From contig CALKEP010000001.1 of assembly GCA_938084645.1 (NCBI GenBank), positions 32,001 to 96,000 on the forward strand: a stretch of DNA of 64,000 nucleotides. The letters are read 5' to 3'. The stretch is from an uncultured Phycisphaerales bacterium (lineage in GTDB: Bacteria > Planctomycetota > Phycisphaerae > Phycisphaerales > SM1A02). Each line of letters begins with the position of its first letter. The stretch's first letter is position 1. The notes under the pieces were generated by a model, which worked only from the letters and a program-made list of their open reading frames with translations, searched no databases and was not told the DNA's origin. This document shows, piece after piece, positions 1 through 10,475 of this stretch. The position numbers and the translations under genes are program-made.

Positions 1-4
1 CGCG

Positions 5-1288
<1,284 letters not shown>

Positions 1289-1375
1289 TTCCCATCGCGG
1301 CCGGATCGCGGTCGCTTCGCTCTTCGCCCCCTCCGGGGACCACCGGTCCCCATACGCCCCATCGGAGCCCACCGG

Positions 1376-2338
1376 ATGACTTCCATCCAGGCCAATCCCT
1401 CGGATCACGCCGACGACCACGATCATGACGATCACGGTCACGACCACGATCCGAACCTCGCCCACCATTTCGAGTCCATGGAACAGCAGATGGACTCGGG
1501 CAAGCTGGGCATGTGGCTGTTCCTCGCCACCGAGGTCCTGTTCTTCGGTGGTCTGTTCGCCGCCTATGCGGTGCTGCGAGCGCGGAACCCCGAGGTCTTC
1601 TCCTACGCGAGTCAATACCTCGACACGGTGATGGGCGGGATCAACACCTGCGTGCTGATCCTCTCGAGTCTGACCATGGCCCTCGCGGTCCGGTTCGCCC
1701 AGCAGGGGCGGAAGGGACTGCTCGTGCTCTGCCTCTGGCTCACCATGGGCGGGGCGGTCGGCTTCCTCGTGATCAAGTACTTCGAGTACTCCCACAAGAT
1801 CCACGACCATCTGGTCTGGGGCGGGACGTTCTACGAGCCGGTCGACGAGTCGCAGAAGCTCCTGCTCGCCACGCCCGAGGAAGCGCTCGACACCCCGCTG
1901 GTCGACGGCCCTCGCGAGGCGAACGCCGCCGAGGCACGGGGCATCGCCATGTCCCAGATCGTGAACATGCCCGAAGAGGCCGCCTCCAGCGTGAAGACCG
2001 CCGCCCTCGGGCCCGCGGGACTCTCCGCGGGACCGGCCGCCGCCGAGGCGGCGATCGAGGAGAAGGAGAGCGACGGGCATTCCGGCGCCGGCCACCTCGC
2101 CGATCCGGAGATGCCGGTCGGAACGCATCTCTTCTTCGGAATCTACTTCTGCATGACCGGCCTCCACGGCATCCACGTCGTCATCGGCATGGGCGTGATC
2201 GGCTGGTTGATCTGGCGATCGCAACGAGGGGACTTCGGTCCGAAGTACAACACTCCGGTCGACCTCGGTGGCCTCTACTGGCACATCGTCGACCTGATCT
2301 GGATCTTCCTGTTCCCGTTGTTCTATCTGATTCACTGA
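1376..2338 (+). CDS. ctaE: Cytochrome c oxidase subunit III with His-rich N-terminus and internal soluble insertion
   Basis: GMWLFLATEVLFFGGLF, TGLHGIHV, GLYWHIVDLIWIFLFPLFY. Confidence 0.93.
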   Translation: MTSIQANPSDHADDHDHDDHGHDHDPNLAHHFESMEQQMDSGKLGMWLFLATEVLFFGGLFAAYAVLRARNPEVFSYASQYLDTVMGGINTCVLILSSLTMALAVRFAQQGRKGLLVLCLWLTMGGAVGFLVIKYFEYSHKIHDHLVWGGTFYEPVDESQKLLLATPEEALDTPLVDGPREANAAEARGIAMSQIVNMPEEAASSVKTAALGPAGLSAGPAAAEAAIEEKESDGHSGAGHLADPEMPVGTHLFFGIYFCMTGLHGIHVVIGMGVIGWLIWRSQRGDFGPKYNTPVDLGGLYWHIVDLIWIFLFPLFYLIH

Positions 2339-2353
2339 ACCGGGCCCGGCCGG

Positions 2354-2398
2354 CGCGTTCCCGATCCACGCGTTTCCGTTCCACGCGTTTCCGATCCA
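2354..2398. repeat. Three tandem imperfect 15-bp repeats
   Basis: CGCGTTCCCGATCCA / CGCGTTTCCGTTCCA / CGCGTTTCCGATCCA in the ctaE-subunit IV spacer. Confidence 0.85.
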
Positions 2399-2429
2399 CA
2401 AGTTCGAAGCACCCCGAGAGTTCAAAACC

Positions 2430-2855
2430 ATGGCGCACGACACCACCGCAGCCCACTCGACTCAGGAAGACCACGACGATCACGGCCTCGGCCACATCGT
2501 GAGCTACGGAACCCTCTTCGGCGTCGGCTTCGCGTTGCTGGTGATGACGGTCGTCACCGTCGCGGTCCGGTACGTCGATGCAGGCGAATTGAACATGCCG
2601 ATCGCCCTCGGCATCGCCGGCGTGAAGGCGACGCTGGTCGCGCTCTACTTCATGCATCTCCGCTGGGACCGGCCGTTCAACGCCCTGGTGCTCGTCGGTT
2701 CGATGGCGTTCGTGGTCCTCTTGATGATCTTCGTCCTGATGGACAGCGCCCAGTACGCCCCGCAGGTCTTCAAGGGCAACTCGCCCAAGGTCCAGGAAGT
2801 CCTCACCATCGACGCGCCGGGCGCACCGATCGCCGAGCAGTCCCAGCTTCCCTGA
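2430..2855 (+). CDS. Cytochrome c oxidase subunit IV family protein
   Basis: Three TM helices, KATLVALYFMHLRWD motif, position in cox operon. Confidence 0.9.
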   Translation: MAHDTTAAHSTQEDHDDHGLGHIVSYGTLFGVGFALLVMTVVTVAVRYVDAGELNMPIALGIAGVKATLVALYFMHLRWDRPFNALVLVGSMAFVVLLMIFVLMDSAQYAPQVFKGNSPKVQEVLTIDAPGAPIAEQSQLP

Positions 2856-2953
2856 TCGCCCCGGGGTGTCCCGGCGATCGCCTCGATGCGAGGGAGGCTC
2901 GCATCGGATACGGCGCGACGCGAGGCGTCGCGTCGTTCGATCCGGGTTGACCC

Positions 2954-3553
2954 ATGGCCAACATCGTCTCTCCATTCGAGGATCCGGAACGCCGGCTGTC
3001 CGCCGGTCGCTTCGGCATGCTGATCTTCATCGCCTCGCTGGCGATGATCTTCGCGGCGGCGATCCTCGGATTTCTCGTGGTCAGGCTCGAGGACGATGGG
3101 AGCTGGCCGCCGCCCGGGATGCCGGCGCTTCCCGGGTCGCTTCTTCTCAGCACCCTGATCCTGGTCGCCTCGAGCATCACGTTCCTCCGGGCGACGAACG
3201 ACCTTCGACGTGACGACGGGCCCGGTCTGATCCGGTGGCTGACCGCGACGCTGGTGCTCGCACTCGGTTTTCTCGCGGTGCAGACCTTCGCGTGGTGGGA
3301 TCTGGTGGGCCGTGGAATGGACTTCTCCCGCCACCTGTACGCGTGGACCTTCTACTTTCTCACCGGACTGCATGCGGTGCACGTGCTCGGTGGCGTGATT
3401 CCGCTGTGGATCGTGACGCAGCGGGTCCGCCGCGGTGATCGCTCGGCGTCGGTCCGACGCGGCGTGGTGTACACCGCCATGTACTGGCATTTCGTCGACG
3501 TCGCGTGGCTGGTGCTCTACCTCACGCTCGTCGCGGGAACGCTCGGTGGCTGA
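2954..3553 (+). CDS. Second cytochrome c oxidase subunit III-family protein
   Basis: FGMLIFIASLAMIF, FYFLTGLHAVHV, YWHFVDVAW. Confidence 0.88.
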   Translation: MANIVSPFEDPERRLSAGRFGMLIFIASLAMIFAAAILGFLVVRLEDDGSWPPPGMPALPGSLLLSTLILVASSITFLRATNDLRRDDGPGLIRWLTATLVLALGFLAVQTFAWWDLVGRGMDFSRHLYAWTFYFLTGLHAVHVLGGVIPLWIVTQRVRRGDRSASVRRGVVYTAMYWHFVDVAWLVLYLTLVAGTLGG

Positions 3554-3578
3554 TCCGATCCGGTGACGTGTCCCCTGC

Positions 3579-4985
3579 TCACGCGCCGACGCCGATGCCC
3601 CGTGGTGTCGACGGCGAGGACGTCCCGGGGAGGATCACTTCGAACCGCCTGACCGCCACCGCGAGCGATGCGGCCGCCGCGAGGAGCAGGGCGCCGTTCG
3701 CCTGATGGGCGGAGGTGGGGATCAGTTCCCACACCGGGATCTCGGGCGACTTCCGGAGGATCGTGGCGAGGAATGCGAGCAGCCCCAGGGTGAACTGGAG
3801 ACCGACGAGCAGGTTCACGGTCCGCCCCAGCGCGGGAACCACCGGAACCCCGAGATCACGGCGAGACTTCGCTCGAAGGCCCGCGACGAACGCGATGGTC
3901 ACGACGACCACCGAGAAACCGAGGTGGCCGTGCATGGCCCAGGCGGGGGGGTCCGGCGCGATTCCGCCGTCGACCGCGGGGGTGGCGAAGTGCCGGTAGC
4001 AGGCACCAAGGACGAGCTGGAGGACCAGGGCGACGACCAGGAGCGTCGAGAGCCCCCGGTCCTGCCCGCCGTTCGGCACCGCGATCGCCTCGATCGACGG
4101 ATCCCGCCAACGGCGGCTGCTCACCACGGCGAGCGTCGCGAACGCCGCGAAGGTGAGTTGGCCGAACACGCCGTGGGCGACCGCGAAGGTGGTGCTGGGG
4201 TCGACCTCGGTCTGGCTGGTGGTGAATTCACCGGTCACCCGAAGCCCGCCCATCAGTCCCTGGATGCAGACCATGATGAAGACGACGATCGAGAACATCC
4301 GGACCGAGGTCCGGCGGTCGTACCGGAACACCATCACCAGCAGGGTGATCGCGGTGACGCCGACCAGCATTCCGTAGAGCCGGTGGGCATGCTCGTAGAA
4401 GATCCCGCCCTTCATCTCGGAGAGCGGATAGAGCAGCATGTTGTGCCCGAAGGAGTTCGGCCAGTCCGGTACCGCCAGACCGGCCTCCATGCCGGTGACC
4501 AGCCCGCCGCTGACGATCAGCACGAACACGGTCGCGGCGGCGACGAGCGAGAAGAAGCTGGCCGGGGCGATCGTCATGGCCCGGTCCGGCTGGAAGCCGC
4601 GTCGTCCGACCATCGCGCCGAGTCCGCCGAGCACCCCGGAGGCCACGAACAGTCCGGCGACCCAGAGGAGTCCCGAAACGAGGATGGACCCGTCGTCGCC
4701 GCCGCCGAAGAGGCTGCCGATCACGAGCAGGTTCACGGCGGCACTCACCATGCCCGTCGCGACGCCCGCCCGGATCGTTCCGAGAAGCCGCCCCGCGGCG
4801 AATCCCCCGAGGGCCAGAACGAGCAGTTCCGCCGCGAACACCAGCTCGCCGAGGGCGAATCCGGGCTGCATGAAGGCGATGTACCCGAGTGCCCACATGA
4901 CCGTGGTCGTGGCGAAGCCGAGACCGACGATCAGTCCCCGGGCTTCCGAGGGCCCGGTCTGGAGCGATGGGGTCGTATGGGTCAT
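3579..4985 (-). CDS. ctaA: Heme A synthase (COX15/CtaA family) with extra N-terminal TM region
   Basis: GGLVTGMEAGLAVPDWP, YEHAHRLYG, QGLMGGLRV, HGVFGQ, SAHQANGA; start chosen at ATG 4985 (MTHTT). Confidence 0.88.
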   Translation of the reverse strand: MTHTTPSLQTGPSEARGLIVGLGFATTTVMWALGYIAFMQPGFALGELVFAAELLVLALGGFAAGRLLGTIRAGVATGMVSAAVNLLVIGSLFGGGDDGSILVSGLLWVAGLFVASGVLGGLGAMVGRRGFQPDRAMTIAPASFFSLVAAATVFVLIVSGGLVTGMEAGLAVPDWPNSFGHNMLLYPLSEMKGGIFYEHAHRLYGMLVGVTAITLLVMVFRYDRRTSVRMFSIVVFIMVCIQGLMGGLRVTGEFTTSQTEVDPSTTFAVAHGVFGQLTFAAFATLAVVSSRRWRDPSIEAIAVPNGGQDRGLSTLLVVALVLQLVLGACYRHFATPAVDGGIAPDPPAWAMHGHLGFSVVVVTIAFVAGLRAKSRRDLGVPVVPALGRTVNLLVGLQFTLGLLAFLATILRKSPEIPVWELIPTSAHQANGALLLAAAASLAVAVRRFEVILPGTSSPSTPRGIGVGA

Positions 4986-5149
4986 GCGTCGAGTTTCCTG
5001 CCGAAGGATGAGCGTGGTCGGGGGGCCGGACCCGGAGCGGATTCTAGGCCGTCGAGCCTCCTCGATCCGCCCCGAAGGACCGTGAAGTCGGCAACCTCGG
5101 GAGAATCCCCGAGCCCACGTCCGCGGGACTCGTAGAATCACCGCTCCTC

Positions 5150-6187
5150 ATGAATCAGGTCGACACCCCAGCTTCGTCCGAGCACCTCGAACCGACGGCC
5201 GAACCTCCGACCGGAATGCGGCGGATGGTGATGGATCTCACGAAGCTGCGGCTGAACGCGCTGGTCCTCCTGACCACCGCGGTGGGCTACGTGCTCGGCC
5301 GGGTGGGGATCGCGTCCTTCGACTGGGGACTGCTGGTCATGACGATGCTCGGCACCGGTCTCGCCGCCGCGAGCGCCGCGATCCTGAACCAGGCGCTCGA
5401 GCAGCGTCGCGATTCCAGGATGCATCGCACGCGGGAACGACCGGTCGCGAGCGGGCGTCTCTCGCCGGTGTTCGCCTTCGTGGTCGGGGTCGGGCTGGCC
5501 TATGCCGGCTTCGCGCTGCTCGCGGGCTGGGTCGGCATCACGCCCGCGGTCCTCGCGGTCTCGAACGTGATCGTCTACGCCTTCATCTACACGCCGCTCA
5601 AGCCGCTCACCACGACGAACACGCTCTTCGGCGCCGTATGCGGCGCGATCCCGCCCATGATCGGCTGGAGCGCGGCGACCGGGGGCCTGGAGGCGGGGGC
5701 GTGGGTCCTCGGAGGCATTCTCTTCGTCTGGCAGTTGCCACACTTCTTCGCCCTCGCATGGATGTATCGCGAGGACTACCGACGTGGGGGACACGCGATG
5801 CTTCCGGTGCTCGATCCCACGGGGCGGATCACCGGACAGGTCATGACCACCACCGCCGCGCTGCTGGTGCCGGTGGGGCTCACCGGCACGATGTTCGGCG
5901 TCGCCGGCTGGTTCTCCGCCGCGGCCGCGACGGTCTGCGGCTCGTGGTTCGCGTTGCGGTGTCTCCAGTTCTGGCGATCACCGAGCGACGAGGCGGCCCG
6001 GACCGCGTTCCTGACCAGTCTCGCCTATCTTCCGATCGTCCTCGGCGTGATGGTCGTCGATCGCGGGCCGGTGACGCCCGAATCCTGGATTCGAGGCGGT
6101 CGTCCGCCGCTCGCCGCGGAGTCGGAGGAGCCGCGGATGATGGCCCCCGAATCGAACGTCGACCCCTCAGCGGCGTCCGACCCATGA
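5150..6187 (+). CDS. ctaB: Protoheme IX farnesyltransferase (heme O synthase)
   Basis: LTKLRL, NQALEQRRDSRMHRTRERP, YTPLK, GAIPPMIGW, WQLPHF, YREDY. Confidence 0.95.
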   Translation: MNQVDTPASSEHLEPTAEPPTGMRRMVMDLTKLRLNALVLLTTAVGYVLGRVGIASFDWGLLVMTMLGTGLAAASAAILNQALEQRRDSRMHRTRERPVASGRLSPVFAFVVGVGLAYAGFALLAGWVGITPAVLAVSNVIVYAFIYTPLKPLTTTNTLFGAVCGAIPPMIGWSAATGGLEAGAWVLGGILFVWQLPHFFALAWMYREDYRRGGHAMLPVLDPTGRITGQVMTTTAALLVPVGLTGTMFGVAGWFSAAAATVCGSWFALRCLQFWRSPSDEAARTAFLTSLAYLPIVLGVMVVDRGPVTPESWIRGGRPPLAAESEEPRMMAPESNVDPSAASDP

Positions 6188-7326
6188 CCGTCGATTCCGA
6201 CCCGGAGCCTCCCACCTCGACGGGTGGATCCACCCTTCTTCCGATCGTGCTGGTGACGCTGCTCGGCCTCTCGGGTGCGGCTGCGGTCGCGACTTGGGGA
6301 CTCGTCGGCATGTTGTCGGGTGAATCACCGGTCGGGGACGGTCGGGATCCATCGAGCTACGGATTCGATCTCTCGAACGTCGCGACCGAGCCCGCGGCGA
6401 TCGTCGCCAGCGGCAATCCGCGCGACTTCCTGCCTCCTCTCGTCGAGCCCGCGGTGATCGTCGGCACCGAGGTCGCGGGTCTCAACGCGAGCAACAAGCG
6501 CAAGTGGCAGAAGGAAGTGGTCAGCGGCGACCGCGTGGTGGGGGTCCGGATCGGTGACGCGGTGCGGGCCTATCCCATGTTCATCCTCGACGCCCACGAG
6601 GTGGTGCTCGACGAGATCGGCGGCGTGCCGATCGTCCTCGCCCGCTCCCCGCTGGTCGACGAGGTCGGGGTGTACGAGCGCCGCATCGGTGGCAAGACGT
6701 CGGACTTCGGCGTGAGCGGTCTGCTCGACGATCTCTCGGTCCTGCTCTACGCCCCGGACAACGAAGGCACGCTGGTCTCCGGTCACGACGGGCGCGTCGT
6801 GGCGGGTCCTTGGATCGGCGAGCGACTCGTTCCGGTTCCGGAGGTCGTCGTCTCGACCTGGCAGGACTGGCTCGCCCGGCATCCGGGGACCGACGTGGCG
6901 TTGCGTGATCCGGATTCGTTGCAGCGGTACCGGCGCGTGTCCTACGACCGGTACCTCGATGGGGAGGAGTGGATCCTCCCACCGCGGCGGACGCCCTCGG
7001 GTGATCTCCCTTCGCGCCGACGCGTGCTTTCGGTGAGACCGGCCGGGACCGAGGAGGACTGGACGATCCTTCCGTTGGATGCGATCGATACGGCGACGGC
7101 GTCGGGCGGTCTCGACCTTTCAATCGGTCCGGGCACGCTTCGCCTCGCGCGGCCGGTGGGTGACCCGACGGATCGCGTCGACGTGGTGGGGGTCGAGGGA
7201 CTCGAACTCCGATTCGGCTTCTGGCAGGCGGCCTGGGTTCGCGATCCGCAGGCCGCGGAGGCCGGACTCGAGCGGGGACGTGCGGCCATCGACCGTGCCG
7301 CCGTGCAGGCGGAAGCAGGTTCCTGA
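6184..7326 (+). CDS. DUF3179-like membrane-anchored protein
   Basis: ATGA overlap with ctaB; N-terminal TM; RAYPMFILDAHEVVLD, FGVSGLL, TWQDWLARHPGT resemble DUF3179. Confidence 0.7.
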   Translation: MTVDSDPEPPTSTGGSTLLPIVLVTLLGLSGAAAVATWGLVGMLSGESPVGDGRDPSSYGFDLSNVATEPAAIVASGNPRDFLPPLVEPAVIVGTEVAGLNASNKRKWQKEVVSGDRVVGVRIGDAVRAYPMFILDAHEVVLDEIGGVPIVLARSPLVDEVGVYERRIGGKTSDFGVSGLLDDLSVLLYAPDNEGTLVSGHDGRVVAGPWIGERLVPVPEVVVSTWQDWLARHPGTDVALRDPDSLQRYRRVSYDRYLDGEEWILPPRRTPSGDLPSRRRVLSVRPAGTEEDWTILPLDAIDTATASGGLDLSIGPGTLRLARPVGDPTDRVDVVGVEGLELRFGFWQAAWVRDPQAAEAGLERGRAAIDRAAVQAEAGS

Positions 7327-7358
7327 TCGACGTCGTGGCGGGTGTTCCCGCCGGTCGG

Positions 7359-8759
7359 TCATTCCATGCCGAACCGAGGCTTCAGGGCCTCCTCGAGCGC
7401 GAGGCAGGCGTAGATCGTCGCGAGTTCGGGGCGTGACTCCTCCCATCGATCCTCGTCGTTGAACCATCGGCCGTCGGGGCGCTGCCGTCGAGCGATCTCG
7501 GAGATCATCTCCGCCCGCCAGTCGTGCCTGGTGCCGTCGGCGTCGACGATCTCGTCGAGTCCCGACGCCCGCAACGCCCGGGCCATCGCGTGGAGGTAGT
7601 AGAAGACGCCCTGCTGCCCCACCCCGGGATTCTCCGAGAGCGTCCAGTGGTCACGGATCCACCCGAGCGCCGCCGCCACCCGCGGATCCTCGGGGCCGAG
7701 GCCGGCGAAGAGGAGGCTCTTGAATCCGGCGTAGGTCATCGAGCCGTAGCTGCGGAGGCTGCGGGCGACGCCGGCGGGCATCGTCTCGCCGTAGCGACCC
7801 TCGCCGGCCGCGGCGCTTCCGAACGACTCGCCGTCGTTGGCGGGGGTGTAGACGAAGCCACCATCGTCGGATCCGGCCTGCGCCCATGCGGCGGGATTCG
7901 TCGCCTTGAGATTCTGGGTTCGCGAGAGAAAGACCAGCGCCTTCTGCACGACGGGCTCGTCGGGGCTGACGCCCGCGTCGTAGAGGGCATCAAGCATCAT
8001 CTGGGTGTTCGAGAGATCGGGGCGGCCGCGATTTCCGTAGCCGGCGCCGCCGAACCAGTCCTGTCGACTCGACACGCCTTCGGTCTCGTCCCACTGGTTG
8101 CGCTGGAGGAAGAGGACCGCGTCGCCGAGGGTGCCCGCATCGCCCGGATCGGTGGTCGAGCCGTTGGCCGCGAGCCCCATCGCGATCGAACTCGCCACGT
8201 AGTTTCCGAGGCCCGCCGCGGCGAGTCCGTCGAAACCATGCGACTCGAGCGCCCGTCGCACGAATCGAAGGGCCTGCTCCCTCGGCTCGGGGCCCGGGGC
8301 GAGTTCCGGGGCCTGCGCGAACGCCTTGAGTCCGAGTCCGGTGACCGCGACCGCGGCGGCCGCTTCGCGGGGTGGCTGGTCGGTCGGCACCACGATCTCG
8401 CCTTCCATCCAGCCGCCGTTCCGGGACTGGTTGCGGGCGAGCCACGCGAGTCCGCGTCGGGTGCTTTCGGTGGCCGTGTTCCAGGCCGCGTCGTCGAGCC
8501 CGGTCTGTCCGCGATCGGTCGCGATCCGATGCACGGGCGGGGCGGGCAGCAGGACCGTCTTCGGAACCTCCGGAACGTCGAGTTCGGTGATCTTCGATGC
8601 GTCGATCCGTGGATCGAGCGTCGTTCCCGGTGGCGTGTCGCGCTCGATTCGGTCCTGGATCTCGACGGAAACAGGCTTCAATGGTCTCGCCGGGGGATCG
8701 TCCCGATGCATGGCCGGGGCGACGGTGGCGAGCAGAATGGCGATCGACGTGTGGATCAT
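7359..8759 (-). CDS. Secreted prenyltransferase/squalene oxidase repeat protein
   Basis: Signal-like N-terminus; GLAWLARNQSRNGGW, GGAGYG..RPDLSNT, DDGGFVY, YGSMTYAG, RQRPDGRW. Confidence 0.85.
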   Translation of the reverse strand: MIHTSIAILLATVAPAMHRDDPPARPLKPVSVEIQDRIERDTPPGTTLDPRIDASKITELDVPEVPKTVLLPAPPVHRIATDRGQTGLDDAAWNTATESTRRGLAWLARNQSRNGGWMEGEIVVPTDQPPREAAAAVAVTGLGLKAFAQAPELAPGPEPREQALRFVRRALESHGFDGLAAAGLGNYVASSIAMGLAANGSTTDPGDAGTLGDAVLFLQRNQWDETEGVSSRQDWFGGAGYGNRGRPDLSNTQMMLDALYDAGVSPDEPVVQKALVFLSRTQNLKATNPAAWAQAGSDDGGFVYTPANDGESFGSAAAGEGRYGETMPAGVARSLRSYGSMTYAGFKSLLFAGLGPEDPRVAAALGWIRDHWTLSENPGVGQQGVFYYLHAMARALRASGLDEIVDADGTRHDWRAEMISEIARRQRPDGRWFNDEDRWEESRPELATIYACLALEEALKPRFGME

Positions 8760-8831
8760 TCGGACAGTCTAGACTCGCAGCACTCCAGCGATGAAAGGCG
8801 TCGCGGAATTCCAACGGTGGAGCGCAACCGC

Positions 8832-9167
8832 ATGAACGAACACGATCGTCCCGAGACCGAGCATTCCGGATCGACCCATGCCCCCGGCGGTTCGGGGTGG
8901 CTGGATGGCGTGATCGCGGGCTTCATGACCGAGGAAATCACGGATGCCGTCGATGCCTCGGTGAACCCGGGGTCGACCGCCGAGGAGGGTGCGTCGCCTC
9001 GAGCCTGGGTCGCCGAGGGGCGATCCCGGATCGACGACACGCTGGCCTTGCTTCTCGCGCCGATCATGCGGAAGGCGATGGAGGAGGCCTCCGCCGAGGT
9101 CGTGGCCCGCCTCGAACGCATCGAGTCCCGACTCGACGCGATCGAGCGATCGCTGTCCGATCACTGA
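8832..9167 (+). CDS. Hypothetical protein with C-terminal coiled coil
   Basis: ATG 8832 in the gap between genes; RLERIESRLDAIERSL. Confidence 0.55.
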   Translation: MNEHDRPETEHSGSTHAPGGSGWLDGVIAGFMTEEITDAVDASVNPGSTAEEGASPRAWVAEGRSRIDDTLALLLAPIMRKAMEEASAEVVARLERIESRLDAIERSLSDH

Positions 9168-9187
9168 AGCCGGGCTGGCAGCGGCGG

Positions 9188-10321
9188 CTATCGAACCACG
9201 CCGGTCGCGTACATGGCTTCACTGCCGGCCGTGGTGTCGAAGGTGATCGGCATCATGAACACGCCTCCGGCGCCTCCGACGTTCGTCACCGCGACCCGGA
9301 CCCGCACCCGATCGCCCGCCCCTTCGATCTGCTCCACGAGGTCGGCGCGGAAGTTCGGATTGGTCGTTCGCACGCCGGTGACGAGTTTGCCGGCGAACTG
9401 CTTGAGTTCCACGTCGAAGGTCCCGGTGCCCCCCGGCGGGATCGCACCGAGGTTCGCGATGTTGCCGTCGAACTGCAGGGCGACGTTGCGGGTCTGGTGC
9501 GGAAGCTTGGAGAACGGGTGTCGTATCCGCATCTCGATCACCGGCGCCTCGGGGTGATCGGTCTCGAAGATCATCCACTTCGGGAACACCTCGGGACTTC
9601 CGGCCTGCTCGACCTGCGTCGCCGCCGGACCGAGGTCGTACTGGACGACGTGCTGCGAAAGCGGCTGATCCGGGGTCAGGAGCACGGGCGGGCGCCCGTT
9701 GACGCTGAGGACTCGGAAGGGAAGTCCGTCGGTCGACGCGACCGAGACGCTTCCGGTGACGGGATTCGGAGGAAGGGCGTCGATGTAGAGCGGCGTGGTC
9801 CTGACGGCGTACGCCGCGACGGCGGTCAGGGTGAGCCGCGGTCCGCGGACGTTCTCACCTCCGGGGCCCTGCAGGACGGTGTTCACGGCAGCCTGCTTCT
9901 TGCCGGTGGTGCTGGGCACCTGCAGGGTGATCGGGATCGCGATGCCGCCGCCCGGGGGGATCGTCTCGCCCGCGACTTCGACCGTCGTGCACTGGCAGGT
10001 CGGAACCGCCTGGACGATGGTCATGGGCGTGGGGAAGGGATTCACCAGGATGACGTCTGCGGTGAGCTTGGACCCGGGTTTGACGATGCCGAAGTCGACG
10101 TCGGCCGGATCTCCGTAGACCGCGGTGGCACCCGGTCGCACCTCGATCGAGCCGGGGGCGATGACGCGAATCCCGGATTCGGCGCCGGCTGCTGCGGAGG
10201 GTTCGGTCGTCGCCTGGCCGGCGGGGGCGTTCCCGCTCGGCGAGGCGACCGGATCCTCGCAACCACCGAGGGCCAGGAGGACGAGGGCGAACGTCGTGAG
10301 GATCGGTTGGCTCGAATTCAA
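9188..10321 (-). CDS. Lipoprotein with DUF1573-like Ig domain
   Basis: Lipobox LALGGC; VDFG...PTCQCT...IPPGG motif; start uncertain (TTG 10321). Confidence 0.7.
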   Translation of the reverse strand: MNSSQPILTTFALVLLALGGCEDPVASPSGNAPAGQATTEPSAAAGAESGIRVIAPGSIEVRPGATAVYGDPADVDFGIVKPGSKLTADVILVNPFPTPMTIVQAVPTCQCTTVEVAGETIPPGGGIAIPITLQVPSTTGKKQAAVNTVLQGPGGENVRGPRLTLTAVAAYAVRTTPLYIDALPPNPVTGSVSVASTDGLPFRVLSVNGRPPVLLTPDQPLSQHVVQYDLGPAATQVEQAGSPEVFPKWMIFETDHPEAPVIEMRIRHPFSKLPHQTRNVALQFDGNIANLGAIPPGGTGTFDVELKQFAGKLVTGVRTTNPNFRADLVEQIEGAGDRVRVRVAVTNVGGAGGVFMMPITFDTTAGSEAMYATGVVR

Positions 10322-10475
10322 CGGTCTGCTCCGGTGGAGTCGGTGATCGGGGCCGCTCGAGGCGTCCAAGGCGTGGTCGGTTCCGGGACTCGCCCCGAAC
10401 AGGATAGTCGGTCGGTCCCGGTCACCGACGTCGCGTCCGCTCGGATCGGGGGCGAGCCGGAGTACGATTCCCGCC

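Noticed and set aside
2354..2398. CRISPR-like array
   Set aside because: Repeats are contiguous with no spacers, and no cas genes are in the window
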